Source: an uncultured Holophaga sp.
GTDB taxonomy: Bacteria; Acidobacteriota; Holophagae; Holophagales; Holophagaceae
Direction of reading: 5' to 3'
Assembly (NCBI GenBank): GCA_963664825.1
Contig: OY761614.1
Location: 2,784,001 to 2,848,000 of the forward strand
Length of the DNA stretch: 64,000 bases
The position numbers were made by a program, and so were the translations under genes. Below, one piece after another: positions 47,792-57,386 of the stretch (its first letter is position 1; every line of letters starts with the position of its first letter). The notes beneath the pieces were generated by a model. The model saw only the letters and a program-made list of their open reading frames with translations. It was not told the origin of the DNA and did not search any database.

Positions 47792-48760
47792 TTGAACGGC
47801 GAGGATCCACAAAACTTCCGGGAATGGCTGAGGGACCAGGCCTTGGCTGAGGGTTTCGCCCGGGTGGGCTTCGCGGCCTGCGGGGGCTTTTCAGAGGAGC
47901 GGGAGCGCCTTGAGGCCTGGCTGACGGATGGGGGCCGGGAGCTCTTCCCCTATCTGGATCATCCGGACCGCCTGGAACCGGCGCGCCTCCTGGAAGGGGC
48001 TCGCACGGCGCTGGTGGGATTTTTCCCCTACGCCCGGGCCCAGGCCGTGCCTGGGTCCAGCACCGGGAGCCTGAAACTGAGCCGCTACCTCTGGGGGCCG
48101 GACTATCACGGTGTGCTCAAAGGGCGGCTCAAGAGGCTTCTGGAGCGGGCCCAGGAACGGATGCCGGACCTTCAGGGGCGGGCCTGCGTGGACACGGCCC
48201 CCCTCCTGGAACGCCAGCTGGCGGTGCGGGCGGGATTGGGGTGGCAGGGGCGGAATACGCTGCTGATCGCGGGCAAGGCCGGGAGCTGGGGCTTCCTGGG
48301 CGTCCTGCTGCTGGACGTGGAACTGCCTCCGGACAGGTCCTTCGAGGGTCACCGCTGCGGCACCTGCCATGCCTGCCTGGACGCCTGCCCCACCCAGGCC
48401 CTCTCCCCCTTCCGCCTGGATCCCCGGCGCTGCCTGACCACCTACACCGTGGAGACAGAGCAGGAGCCGCCTCTCGATATCGCGAGGACTATTGCGCGCA
48501 TGGCCTGGGCCGCGGGTTGCGATATCTGCCAGGAGGCCTGTCCCTGGAACCGATCACCTGTCTGGGGCGACCCCCAGCTCTGGGGGGGGCCGAGCCCACT
48601 GCACACGCGGTCCGGGGCGGAACTGCCTCGGGGGACGGCCCAGTGGCAGAAACTCACTCAGGGGACGGCCCTGCGACGCGTGCGCCATCGGCATTGGGTG
48701 GCCACGCTGAACCGAATTCTGGGGCCTGAACCGGAGCCTCCTCACATTTCATTGGATTAA
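47792..48760 (+). CDS. queG: Epoxyqueuosine reductase
   Basis: SRY.WG.DYH, VDTAPLLER, GWQGRN, CGTCHACLDACPT and GCDICQEACPWN motifs; TTG start with AAGGAG. Confidence 0.9.
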   Translation: MNGEDPQNFREWLRDQALAEGFARVGFAACGGFSEERERLEAWLTDGGRELFPYLDHPDRLEPARLLEGARTALVGFFPYARAQAVPGSSTGSLKLSRYLWGPDYHGVLKGRLKRLLERAQERMPDLQGRACVDTAPLLERQLAVRAGLGWQGRNTLLIAGKAGSWGFLGVLLLDVELPPDRSFEGHRCGTCHACLDACPTQALSPFRLDPRRCLTTYTVETEQEPPLDIARTIARMAWAAGCDICQEACPWNRSPVWGDPQLWGGPSPLHTRSGAELPRGTAQWQKLTQGTALRRVRHRHWVATLNRILGPEPEPPHISLD

Positions 48761-48818
48761 CCCTCCCGTTTTCCCTTTAATTGGGCTTCAGCCCTTGTTG
48801 CTCCCGGAGAACCCCTCG

Positions 48819-50711
48819 ATGGCCATGAAACCCTTCACGATCCAGGATGCGACCGAACTCTACGGCGTCAAAGAGTGGGGTGACGGCTACTTCGGGATCA
48901 ATAGCAAGGGGCATCTGGAGGTCTATCCCACCCAGGATGAAAACCTCTGCGCCGATCTCTACGAGATCGTCCAGCACCTGCGGCAGAAGGGCGTCCACAC
49001 CCCGACGATCCTGCGCTTCCCCCAGATATTGGCCAACCGGGTGCAGGAGATCAATGAGGCCTTCCGCAAGGCCATCAAGGAATCCGAATACGAGGGCGAT
49101 TACCAGGGCGTCTTCCCGGTGAAGACCAACCAGATGAAGGAAGTCGTCGAGCAGGTCGTGAAGGCGGGCTTCAAGTACCGCTATGGCCTGGAAGCGGGCT
49201 CCAAGCCCGAACTGATGATCGCGCTGTCCATGAACCTGCACGCCGAGGCCCTGATTCTCTGCAACGGCTACAAGGACGAGAACTTCATCCGCATGGCGCT
49301 GCTGGCCAAGAAGGCCGGGCGCAACGTGCTCATCACCGTGGAAAAGATGACGGAATTGCCCCTGATCCTGAAGGTGGCCAAGGAACTGAAGGTGGAGCCC
49401 CTCATCGGCCTGCGGGCCAAGCTCAACGCCCTGGGGGCGGGCAAGTGGGAATCCAGCGCCGGGGATCACGCCAAGTTCGGCCTCACCACCCGGGAGATCC
49501 TGGATGCCATCGAGGTCTTGGAGAAGCGCGGCATGCTCGAGAGCATCATCGAGCTGCACTTCCACATCGGCAGCCAGGTTACCGATATCCGCCGGGTGAA
49601 GGCGGCCCTGAAGGAGGCCACGCGCCTCTACGCCAAGCTGCGCAAGATGGGCCTGCCCCTGCAGTACCTGAACGTGGGCGGGGGCCTTGGCGTGGACTAC
49701 GATGGCAGCAAGACCACCTTCAGCAGCTCCATGAACTACACCGTGCAGGAATACGCCTCGGACGTGATGTGGACCACCAAGGATATCTGCGCCCAGGAGC
49801 AGGTGCCCATGCCCAATATCCTCAGCGAATCGGGCCGTGCCATCGTGGCCTTCCACCAGGTGGTGGTGGCCGATATCATCGGCCTCATCGATACGACCTA
49901 TTCCAAGTACAGCGTCGTGCTCACCGGCCAGGAACCCCAGATCCTCAAGGATCTCGCCTACACCCGGGATGCCATTTCCGTGAAGAACTTCTCGGAGATG
50001 TACCACGACGCCATCACCCAGAAGGACGAGCTGCTGACCTTGTTCAACCTGGGCTACCTGAGCCTAGAGGACCGTTCCAAGGGGGAGACGATCTTCTGGG
50101 AGGTCTGCCGCAAGCTCAATCGCATCCTCAGCTACAAGTCGTTGAAATACATCCCCGAGGAGTTCCAGGATCTCAACAAGAGCCTGGCCGATAAGCTCAT
50201 CGCCAACTTCAGCGTGTTCCAGTCCCTGCCCGATCACTGGGCCATCGATCAGCTCTTCCCCGCCATGCCCCTGCATCGGCTGAAGGAAAAGCCCACCCTT
50301 TCGGCCACCCTCTGCGATATCACCTGCGATAGCGATGGCAAGGTGGACAAGTTCATCGATCTCAAGGATGTGCGGGACGAGCTCCCCCTCCACGAGCCCA
50401 AGCCCGGGGAGCCTTACTACATCGCCTTCTTCCTCACGGGCGCCTACCAGGACACCCTCGGCATGCGGCACAACCTCTTCGGCACACCCAACGAGGCCCA
50501 TATCATCGTCAACGAGGACGAGGATTTCCGCATCCAGCAGATCGTGCCCGCCCAGACCATCGACGATGTGCTGCGCAGCGTCCACTACAACCCCGATGAG
50601 CTCATCCAGGGGCCCAGCCGCAAGGTCAAGCGCACCGAGACCGATGCCACCGAGGCCCTGCGGGCCCTCCTCTCCGAACAGCGGAAGCTGCACACCTACC
50701 TGGAGATGTAG
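48819..50711 (+). CDS. speA: Biosynthetic arginine decarboxylase
   Basis: FPVKTNQ, GLEAGSKPEL, CNGYKD, HFHIGSQ, GGGLGVDYDG and DITCDSDG motifs. Confidence 0.96.
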   Translation: MAMKPFTIQDATELYGVKEWGDGYFGINSKGHLEVYPTQDENLCADLYEIVQHLRQKGVHTPTILRFPQILANRVQEINEAFRKAIKESEYEGDYQGVFPVKTNQMKEVVEQVVKAGFKYRYGLEAGSKPELMIALSMNLHAEALILCNGYKDENFIRMALLAKKAGRNVLITVEKMTELPLILKVAKELKVEPLIGLRAKLNALGAGKWESSAGDHAKFGLTTREILDAIEVLEKRGMLESIIELHFHIGSQVTDIRRVKAALKEATRLYAKLRKMGLPLQYLNVGGGLGVDYDGSKTTFSSSMNYTVQEYASDVMWTTKDICAQEQVPMPNILSESGRAIVAFHQVVVADIIGLIDTTYSKYSVVLTGQEPQILKDLAYTRDAISVKNFSEMYHDAITQKDELLTLFNLGYLSLEDRSKGETIFWEVCRKLNRILSYKSLKYIPEEFQDLNKSLADKLIANFSVFQSLPDHWAIDQLFPAMPLHRLKEKPTLSATLCDITCDSDGKVDKFIDLKDVRDELPLHEPKPGEPYYIAFFLTGAYQDTLGMRHNLFGTPNEAHIIVNEDEDFRIQQIVPAQTIDDVLRSVHYNPDELIQGPSRKVKRTETDATEALRALLSEQRKLHTYLEM

Positions 50712-50810
50712 GCCAGAGACGGTTCTCTCGTCGATCCCTTCACTGTTCTCCCCGTTCTCACTGGTTCGAATGCTTTTCAACCGGTGGAAACAGTGAAGAA
50801 GGCGATGGCC

Positions 50811-51239
50811 CTAGTCGAAGTCCTTGCCGCCCCTGGAGCGCTTCTTCTCACTGGTGATGCGCTTGCCATCCAGCCGCCGGGTCTTGGAGCCCTTGGTGGG
50901 GCGCGTGGGGCGGCGGGGGATGGGCGGCACAATGGCTTCGGCGATGAGCTGGAGGGCCTTGGCGCGGGCATCCTCCAGGTTCTTAGCCTGGTCCCGGGTC
51001 TTCTCGCTGATGACCATCCAGCGGCCATCCCCGTCCAGCCGGTTGCGGACGGCATGGCGCAGGCGCTCCAGGGCATCCGGGGGGAGGCCCTCGATGGCTT
51101 CCATCCGGATCCGCAGCTCGATCTTGGAGGAGACCTTGTTCACGTTCTGCCCGCCCGGGCCGCCCGAACGCGAGGCCTTCACGGCGATGGCCTCCGCGGG
51201 AACCCTTACCGAAGTGCCGACCAGGATGGGCTCGGCCAT
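50811..51239 (-). CDS. arfB: Alternative ribosome rescue factor / peptidyl-tRNA hydrolase
   Basis: SGGPGGQNVNKVSSK and a basic C-terminal tail. Confidence 0.92.
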   Translation of the reverse strand: MAEPILVGTSVRVPAEAIAVKASRSGGPGGQNVNKVSSKIELRIRMEAIEGLPPDALERLRHAVRNRLDGDGRWMVISEKTRDQAKNLEDARAKALQLIAEAIVPPIPRRPTRPTKGSKTRRLDGKRITSEKKRSRGGKDFD

Positions 51240-51547
51240 CAGGGGCGGATCTCGAAGAGCTGGCCGAAGTTGACGGCATCGAAAATCGCTCCCAGGGCCG
51301 GACTGGGGCCCTTCACTACGATGCGGCTGCCGTTAAGCTCGGCCTCCTCCCGCAGCAGGAGGAGCACGCCCAGGGCGCTGGGTTCCAGGAGGGTGACGGC
51401 GCTAAAATCCAGGAGCAGTTCCGATACGCTCCCCGCGTCCAGGAGGGCCTCGGCCTGGGCCTTGAAGCCTGCGCTCGCCTCGAAGGTGAAGCGCCCTTCG
51501 AGCCTCAGGGTGCCCCTGGCGCCTTCGATCTGGGTGGTGCAGTTCAC
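51239..51547 (-). CDS. STAS domain protein (anti-sigma antagonist-like)
   Basis: LEGRFTF, LDFSAVTLLEPSALGVLLLL and NFGQLF motifs. Confidence 0.8.
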   Translation of the reverse strand: MNCTTQIEGARGTLRLEGRFTFEASAGFKAQAEALLDAGSVSELLLDFSAVTLLEPSALGVLLLLREEAELNGSRIVVKGPSPALGAIFDAVNFGQLFEIRP

Positions 51548-51649
51548 GGATGCCTCCCGCCTATGCGACTGCCCATCTTACGATGGGAGGCGCTCCGAGG
51601 CGCCACGAATCGGAAAGGGGACGATAATGGAGGCCCCTTCGGAGTCCCC

Positions 51650-51991
51650 ATGGCGATCACCCTTCCTTTCAGGCAAGGCCAACTGGTGGTGGTGGTCCTG
51701 CGGGAGCCCCGGGAGCGCCTCTGGGGCCGCCTCCTGGGGCTGGAGGCCGCGGGCGTCGCCCTGCGTGGCCTCGATGTGAGTCCCTGGGACGAGGTGCTGA
51801 GCATGGTGCGCCGGGGGGAGGCCGAGCAGGTTTCCCTCTCCAGCCGCTTCTATCCCATGCACCGGGTGGAGTCCCTGTACCTGGATGAGCCCAGTTCCGG
51901 TGTGCCGAGCCTCGGCGAGGTGTTCGAGGCGCGCACGGGCGTGGATCCTCTGGATTTTATGGCCGACCGGGAGGCCCAGCCTTCAGAATGA
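51650..51991 (+). CDS. Conserved hypothetical protein
   Basis: GGAG RBS; VVLREPRERLWG...FYPMHRVE..LDE. Confidence 0.65.
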   Translation: MAITLPFRQGQLVVVVLREPRERLWGRLLGLEAAGVALRGLDVSPWDEVLSMVRRGEAEQVSLSSRFYPMHRVESLYLDEPSSGVPSLGEVFEARTGVDPLDFMADREAQPSE

Positions 51992-51995
51992 AGGC

Positions 51996-52586
51996 ATGGA
52001 TAAGATCGCGCTCTTCATCTCCGGCACCGGCGGCAACGCCCTGAATATCCTCCGAGCCTGCCGGGAGGGGCGGGTGCCAGCCGAAGTCGTGCTGGGGATC
52101 AGCAGCCATCCCAAGGCCCTCGGGATCCAGCGGCTCCAGGCCGAGGGCCTGCCCGTGCGCGTCTTTACGCGAAAGGAATTCAAGGATGACGCGGCCTATT
52201 CCGAGGCCTGCCTGGGTGCGGCGGAGGCCAGCGGGGCCACGGTGGTATGCCTCTGTGGCTGGCTGAAGAAACTCCGGGTGCCTAAGGCCTGGGAGGGGCG
52301 CATCCTCAATATCCATCCGGGCCTGTTGCCTGCATTCGGAGGACCGGGGATGTACGGCCACCATGTCCACGAGGCGGTGATTGCCTCCGGGGCGCGAGAA
52401 TCGGGCTGCACGATCCACCTGGTGGATAACGAATTCGATCATGGTGAGCATCTCGCCGAGGCCCGGGTCAGCGTCTTACCGGGCGATACGCCTGACGCGT
52501 TGCAGGAGCGGGTCTACGAGCAGGAGATGCGGCTCTACCCCATCGCCCTGGCGCAATACCTGGAAAGGAACGCCTCGAGGGGCTAG
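51996..52586 (+). CDS. purN: Phosphoribosylglycinamide formyltransferase
   Basis: ISGTGGN, LNIHPGLLP and SGCTIHLVD.EFDHG motifs. Confidence 0.93.
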   Translation: MDKIALFISGTGGNALNILRACREGRVPAEVVLGISSHPKALGIQRLQAEGLPVRVFTRKEFKDDAAYSEACLGAAEASGATVVCLCGWLKKLRVPKAWEGRILNIHPGLLPAFGGPGMYGHHVHEAVIASGARESGCTIHLVDNEFDHGEHLAEARVSVLPGDTPDALQERVYEQEMRLYPIALAQYLERNASRG

Positions 52587-52649
52587 CCTAGTTGGCGGCG
52601 CGGTGCTGACCGGCGCCCACTGGATACGATTCCATCGCGGGGAGTTGCC

Positions 52650-53609
52650 ATGACTAAGTTGCGCGTTGCTGTCTCGGGAGTCGGAAGCCTGGGCCAGCAC
52701 CATGCCCGGATCGCTGCGGCCTCGGAGCGCACGGAGCTGGTGGCCGTGGTCGATCCCAGCGAGGCCCGGGGCAGGGAGATCGCTGCGAAGTTCGGCACCT
52801 CCTGGGTGGCTTCCCTGGCGGAAGTCCTGCCGAGGGTCGACGCCGTGCAGATCGCCGCCCCCACGGGCTTCCATCATGCCCTCGGGCTTCAGGTCCTGGA
52901 GGCTGGCAAGCACCTGCTCATGGAGAAGCCCCTGGCGGCCTCCCTTTCTGAGGGCGAGGCCATGCTGAAGGCCCTGGCCCAGGCCCGGGTGGCTCATCCC
53001 GGGCTGGTGAGCGCCGTGGGGCATCTGGAGCGTTTCAATCCGGCGGTGCAGGCCCTGCGGAAGCTGGCCTTCAAGCCTCGCTTTGCGGAAGCCACCCGCG
53101 TTTCGCCCTTCCCCATGCGCAGCATGGAAGTGGACGTGATCATGGATGTGATGATCCACGATCTGGATCTGCTGCTGGCCCTGTGGGGCAAACCCGTGGT
53201 CAGCGTGGAAGCCGTGGGCGTGCCAGTGCTCACCAAATACGCCGACGTGGTCAACGCCCGTCTGAAGTTCGAGGGGGGCGGCTTCGCCACGGTGACGGCC
53301 AGCCGGGTGGCTCGCAAGAAGGAGCGCACCCTGCGCGTCTTCGGCGAGAACGCGTACGCCAGTCTCGATTTCGCGGCCCAGAAGTTGGAGGTCCTGCGCC
53401 TCGTGGCGGGGTCCGGGGGGCCGCAGGTGGTGCCCGAAGTGGTCGATATCGTCGAAGGGGAACCGCTGAAGCTGGAACTGGAATCCTTCTATGCGGCCTG
53501 TCAGGGCGAAGGGGGGCGCACGGTGCCCTGGGCCGATGCCTTCGAGGCCATGCGCGTGGCCGATCAGATTCAGAAGGCCGTGGCCAAGAGTCTCGAGGAA
53601 CTACTCTAG
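52650..53609 (+). CDS. Gfo/Idh/MocA family oxidoreductase
   Basis: GVGSLGQHHAR, EKP, VGHLERFNPA and DVMIHDLD motifs. Confidence 0.9.
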   Translation: MTKLRVAVSGVGSLGQHHARIAAASERTELVAVVDPSEARGREIAAKFGTSWVASLAEVLPRVDAVQIAAPTGFHHALGLQVLEAGKHLLMEKPLAASLSEGEAMLKALAQARVAHPGLVSAVGHLERFNPAVQALRKLAFKPRFAEATRVSPFPMRSMEVDVIMDVMIHDLDLLLALWGKPVVSVEAVGVPVLTKYADVVNARLKFEGGGFATVTASRVARKKERTLRVFGENAYASLDFAAQKLEVLRLVAGSGGPQVVPEVVDIVEGEPLKLELESFYAACQGEGGRTVPWADAFEAMRVADQIQKAVAKSLEELL

Positions 53610-53617
53610 GCCTGAAG

Positions 53618-54577
53618 ATGCCCTTCTTCGATCTGGCTTCCCTCACCAAGCCCCTGGTGACCGCGCCCCTGGTGCTCCAGCACCTGGACCTGGATGCCGA
53701 TAGGCGGCATCAGCTCGGTTTCGAGGAACGCACCGATCCCCTGACTGTCCGACAGCTGCTGTCCCATTCCTCGGGGCTTCCCGCCTGGCTGCCCTATACG
53801 GGTGAACCCCTGGCCGAACAGCTGCGCCGGGGAATGCCCGAGGGCCATCCCCTCTTCCGGGAGGGGCGGCAGGGCCTGGCCGTCTACTCGGACCTGGGCT
53901 ACCGGCTCCTGGCCGAACTCCTCGAACGCGAAACCGGGCGGGCCTTCCCGGAACTGGGCCTGGAGGCTACGGGTCTTGTGCCCGCGCCCTGGGAAGATTC
54001 GGTCGAGGCCATTCCCGATGGCCCGGACGCCGCGGCCTGGACCCTGGCCGAACCCCAGTGCCCCCTTCCTTCCCGGGCGGCCAATCTCCCCCACGACGCC
54101 AATGCCCGTGCGGGCATGAGGGGACATGCGGGGTTCGGCTGCACGCCCGTCCAGATGAAGACCTGGCTGCGGGCCTGGGCGGGTTCCCGCACCCCGGCCC
54201 GCATGGCCGTGGAGACGGCGCGCGCCGCGGATGGAACGGTCTGGGGCCTCGGATTGCAGCGGGTCTTCGACGGGGCCTGGCACTTCGGACAGTTGCTTTC
54301 CAGGATCCCCCTGGGGATCCAGGGCGTCCACGTGTTGAGCTCCACGGCAACCGATCTGCCTCTTCCGCTGCCGGTGCCCAAGCCCGGAGCGGGCAAGCCC
54401 ACGGCCTTCTGGATGCACTTCGGCTACACGGGACCGGCCCTCTTCATCCGTCCGGAGGATGGCCTCTGCCTCTGCCTGCTCCTGCATCGCCGCGGCCCCG
54501 AGGGTGAAATCCTCGATCTAGATACCCTGCGCGCCCGTCGCTGGCGGATGCTGGAGGCCTTCCTGGCGCAGTTCTGA
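53618..54577 (+). CDS. Serine hydrolase (beta-lactamase-like family), N-terminally short
   Basis: FDLASLTK (SxxK), LLSHSSGL, YSDLGY and HFGYTG motifs. Confidence 0.8.
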   Translation: MPFFDLASLTKPLVTAPLVLQHLDLDADRRHQLGFEERTDPLTVRQLLSHSSGLPAWLPYTGEPLAEQLRRGMPEGHPLFREGRQGLAVYSDLGYRLLAELLERETGRAFPELGLEATGLVPAPWEDSVEAIPDGPDAAAWTLAEPQCPLPSRAANLPHDANARAGMRGHAGFGCTPVQMKTWLRAWAGSRTPARMAVETARAADGTVWGLGLQRVFDGAWHFGQLLSRIPLGIQGVHVLSSTATDLPLPLPVPKPGAGKPTAFWMHFGYTGPALFIRPEDGLCLCLLLHRRGPEGEILDLDTLRARRWRMLEAFLAQF

Positions 54578-55294
54578 AACAGCTTCCCCCTCTGGATGGG
54601 CCCAGGCCCGGGTCATGCGCCGCAGGGGAGGATGGGCCATCCGCGCAGCGGCCAGGAGCCGTTCCTCGGGTGAGAGGGCCTTGATCCAGGGCGCTGCGTG
54701 GCCCAGCACCAGCGGGCAATCCGGGCCACGGAAGGTCTGGTCCATGGCCCACAGCACCTGATGGGCGACGGGGATGACCTCCCGCCAGCGGGATTGCACC
54801 AGGGCCTCCACATGCTCGGGCAGGAGGGGCGGTTGGATGAAGGCCACCAGGGCCTCCATCCCCAGCTTGGGATGCTGCAGGAAACTTTCGATCACGCGCC
54901 TATCCCGCAGGCGCCAGATGTGCGACCAGAATTGCGGAGGGGCGTGGAGCGCGAAGGAGCGCCGCTCACCGGTGGTGATGGCGCTCCAGAGTGATTGGAG
55001 GCGCTCGATGGCCATGGCGCGGGCCTGGGGGTGGGCGGCGGCGTCTCCGGCGATCTCGCTCAGGGCCCTCCAGGGCAGGCGGGGCAGGAGGCTCATTCGG
55101 AGAGAGGCGGGCGTCTTGCGATGTTGGGCGATCCAGCGCAGGAGGGGAGGGCGCCTCTGCACCTCCGGGAGTTCGGCGGCGGCCTCGAGCCAGCCCCTGG
55201 GAGGGGAGGGATGCCTCAGCAGCCTCAGGAACTGAGGCCAGGGCAGCTGGGGGGGGAGGGGCCATTCCACAGGCCCATTGTGGCCCAGGGCCAT
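54518..55294 (-). CDS. Hypothetical helical-repeat protein
   Basis: 258-aa ORF filling the gap with host-like codon style; start uncertain. Confidence 0.55.
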   Translation of the reverse strand: MALGHNGPVEWPLPPQLPWPQFLRLLRHPSPPRGWLEAAAELPEVQRRPPLLRWIAQHRKTPASLRMSLLPRLPWRALSEIAGDAAAHPQARAMAIERLQSLWSAITTGERRSFALHAPPQFWSHIWRLRDRRVIESFLQHPKLGMEALVAFIQPPLLPEHVEALVQSRWREVIPVAHQVLWAMDQTFRGPDCPLVLGHAAPWIKALSPEERLLAAARMAHPPLRRMTRAWAHPEGEAVSELRQEGLQHPPATGAQGI

Positions 55295-55355
55295 GGGCCC
55301 TTCCTCCTTTTGTTTGAGGACCGGTGAGAACCCGCACTGGTGTCACACTCGTTCC

Positions 55356-55988
55356 ATGGCCATTGAATTCACCATCCTGGGGCGGGGCCGCGCGGGGCGC
55401 GCCCTGGCGGCGGCCTGGGGCGACCGTGTGGCGCTGACATCCCACGAGGGCTCTCCAGGAGGCTGGGTGCTGCTGGCCGTGCCCGACGCCGCCGTGGAAG
55501 ACCTCGCCTCGAAATTCCAGGGCCGCTGCGTTCACCTGAGCGGCAGCCTTCATCTGGAGGGGGTGCCCTGCGCCCACCCTCTCACTAGCTTCGATGGGGA
55601 GGCCCGGGATTGGCGGGGCACACCCCTGGCCGTGACAGGGGAACTGCCCCTGGGGATCCGCACGGCCTTCGAGGCCCTCGGTTTTATGCCCTTCGTCTTG
55701 CCGGCGCACCTGAAGCCTCTCTACCACGCATGCGCCGTGCTCAGTTCGGGCCATGCCGCCAGTCTCTGGGTCGGCGCCGCCAGGCTTTTGGAGGAGGCGG
55801 GTGTGGCCTTGCCGGGCCGGGGGTTTCTGCCCCTGGCGGAAGCGACCCTCCGCAATGTGGCCGAGAAGGGCGCCGAGGGACGCACAGGCCCCTTCGGGAG
55901 GAAGGACGAGGCCACCATCGGGCGGGACGCGGAGGCTCTGCCTGCCGAATGGCGGGAGATTTTCCTGCGCCTGGGGAGAATGATTTGA
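55356..55988 (+). CDS. Rossmann-like / DUF2520 domain protein
   Basis: ILGRGRAG, LAVPD, HLSGS, HPL.SF, LYHA and TGP..R.D motifs. Confidence 0.85.
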   Translation: MAIEFTILGRGRAGRALAAAWGDRVALTSHEGSPGGWVLLAVPDAAVEDLASKFQGRCVHLSGSLHLEGVPCAHPLTSFDGEARDWRGTPLAVTGELPLGIRTAFEALGFMPFVLPAHLKPLYHACAVLSSGHAASLWVGAARLLEEAGVALPGRGFLPLAEATLRNVAEKGAEGRTGPFGRKDEATIGRDAEALPAEWREIFLRLGRMI

Positions 55989-56230
55989 ATCCACTGGATT
56001 GGGATTTGGGGAATATCCCTCCGGGCATCGCCTGGGGCGGCGTCGATGGGGGGTCCCGCTCCGCGATCCAGGGCCGAAGGGCCTGGGAGTGGGAGGACGG
56101 CCCGGTGGGCCGTCCGTTCGCGGGCCGCCCAGTGCTTCATCCCGCCGCCCCTGCCTGGAGGCTGAATTGAATCCATTGGATTGGGATTTAGGAAATATCC
56201 CACCGGGCATCGCCTGGGGCGGCGTCGATG
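55985..56230 (+). repeat. 64-bp direct repeat of the rnhB 5' end flanking a 118-bp structured insert
   Basis: 55985-56048 vs 56167-56230, 60/64 identical, all four differences synonymous. Confidence 0.9.
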
Positions 56231-56973
56231 AAGCCGGCCGGGGCGCCTGGGCGGGGCCGGTGGTGGCCGCCTGTGCGGTGCTGGATCCGGCTTCGGTCCA
56301 GCGCTGGAGTCACGTGCTGCGCGGCGCCAGGGATAGCAAGAAGCTCAGCCCCGAGCGCCGGGAGGCTCTCGCCTCCGAACTCAGGGTCGTGCTCCCGGCC
56401 TGGTCCGTGGCCGTCATCGATAACCTCGCCATCGACCGGGAAAATATCCTCCAGGCCACTCTCCAGGCCATGCGACAGGCTGTGTCCAGTCTGGAGGTCC
56501 GGCCCAGGATCCTCTTCGTGGACGGGGATCGCGCCCCCCGCACGGGGCTGCCGGAGCGATTGTTGGTGGAGGGCGATGCCCTCAGCTGCGCGGTGGCCTG
56601 TGCCTCTATTTTGGCCAAGACCCACCGGGACGCGCTCATGCGGGAGCTCGATGCCCAGTATCCCGACTATGGCTTCGCCAAGCACAAGGGATACGGTACG
56701 CCGGAGCACAGCCGGGCCCTGAAGGCCCTGGGAGCCTGTGCCGTGCATCGCATCACCTACGGGCCCGTGGCCGCCCTCCTGCGCCCGGATCCCGCCCTGA
56801 GGGAGGCCCTGATGGCCTCCCTGGAGGCCTGCTCGGATATCCCCGGGATGCAATCCTGGGTGGAGACGGCGCTGAAGCCTGCCTATGGGCGCCTTTCGGC
56901 GGCCTGGGTGGAGGCCCTGCGGGATCGTTACGCCGAAAGGCTCGCCGGATTTGCCGTCGCGGGAAACGCATGA
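56167..56973 (+). CDS. rnhB: Ribonuclease HII
   Basis: GVDEAGRGAWAGPV, DSKKL, VDG, ASILAK..RD and YGFAKHKGYGT motifs; TTG start with GGAGG. Confidence 0.93.
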   Translation: MNPLDWDLGNIPPGIAWGGVDEAGRGAWAGPVVAACAVLDPASVQRWSHVLRGARDSKKLSPERREALASELRVVLPAWSVAVIDNLAIDRENILQATLQAMRQAVSSLEVRPRILFVDGDRAPRTGLPERLLVEGDALSCAVACASILAKTHRDALMRELDAQYPDYGFAKHKGYGTPEHSRALKALGACAVHRITYGPVAALLRPDPALREALMASLEACSDIPGMQSWVETALKPAYGRLSAAWVEALRDRYAERLAGFAVAGNA

Positions 56974-57386
56974 TCCGCATCGAGGCCTCGATCGCGCTGA
57001 TTGGTAGGGAGGGGCGCTGGTTCCTGCAGCGCCGGGATTCGGCTTCCAAGGTGTTGCCCGGGCTCTGGGAATTCCCGGGGGGCAAGCTCGAGTTGGACGA
57101 GGATCCCCCCTCGGCCCTGAGGCGGGAACTCCGGGAAGAGCTGGGCTGGGAGCCCTCTCGAATCCAACCCCTTCCGGTATTCTCGGATGTGAACCTGGAG
57201 CGGGAACTGCGGCTCCATCCCTTCGTCTGCGAGGGGCCGGGCAGGCTCGGCACAGATCTCGCCTGGGGCTGGTTCACCCTTCCCGAGGCGAGGCGACTGC
57301 CCCTTCCCCCGGCCAGCAGGGCCCTGCTGGATATCTCAAGCCTCCCCGTCCCCCAGGGCCGAATGGATCTGCTTGGCAAGTTCTGA
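56970..57386 (+). CDS. NUDIX hydrolase (MutT-like)
   Basis: WEFPGGK.E...ALRRELREELG Nudix box. Confidence 0.88.
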   Translation: MIRIEASIALIGREGRWFLQRRDSASKVLPGLWEFPGGKLELDEDPPSALRRELREELGWEPSRIQPLPVFSDVNLERELRLHPFVCEGPGRLGTDLAWGWFTLPEARRLPLPPASRALLDISSLPVPQGRMDLLGKF

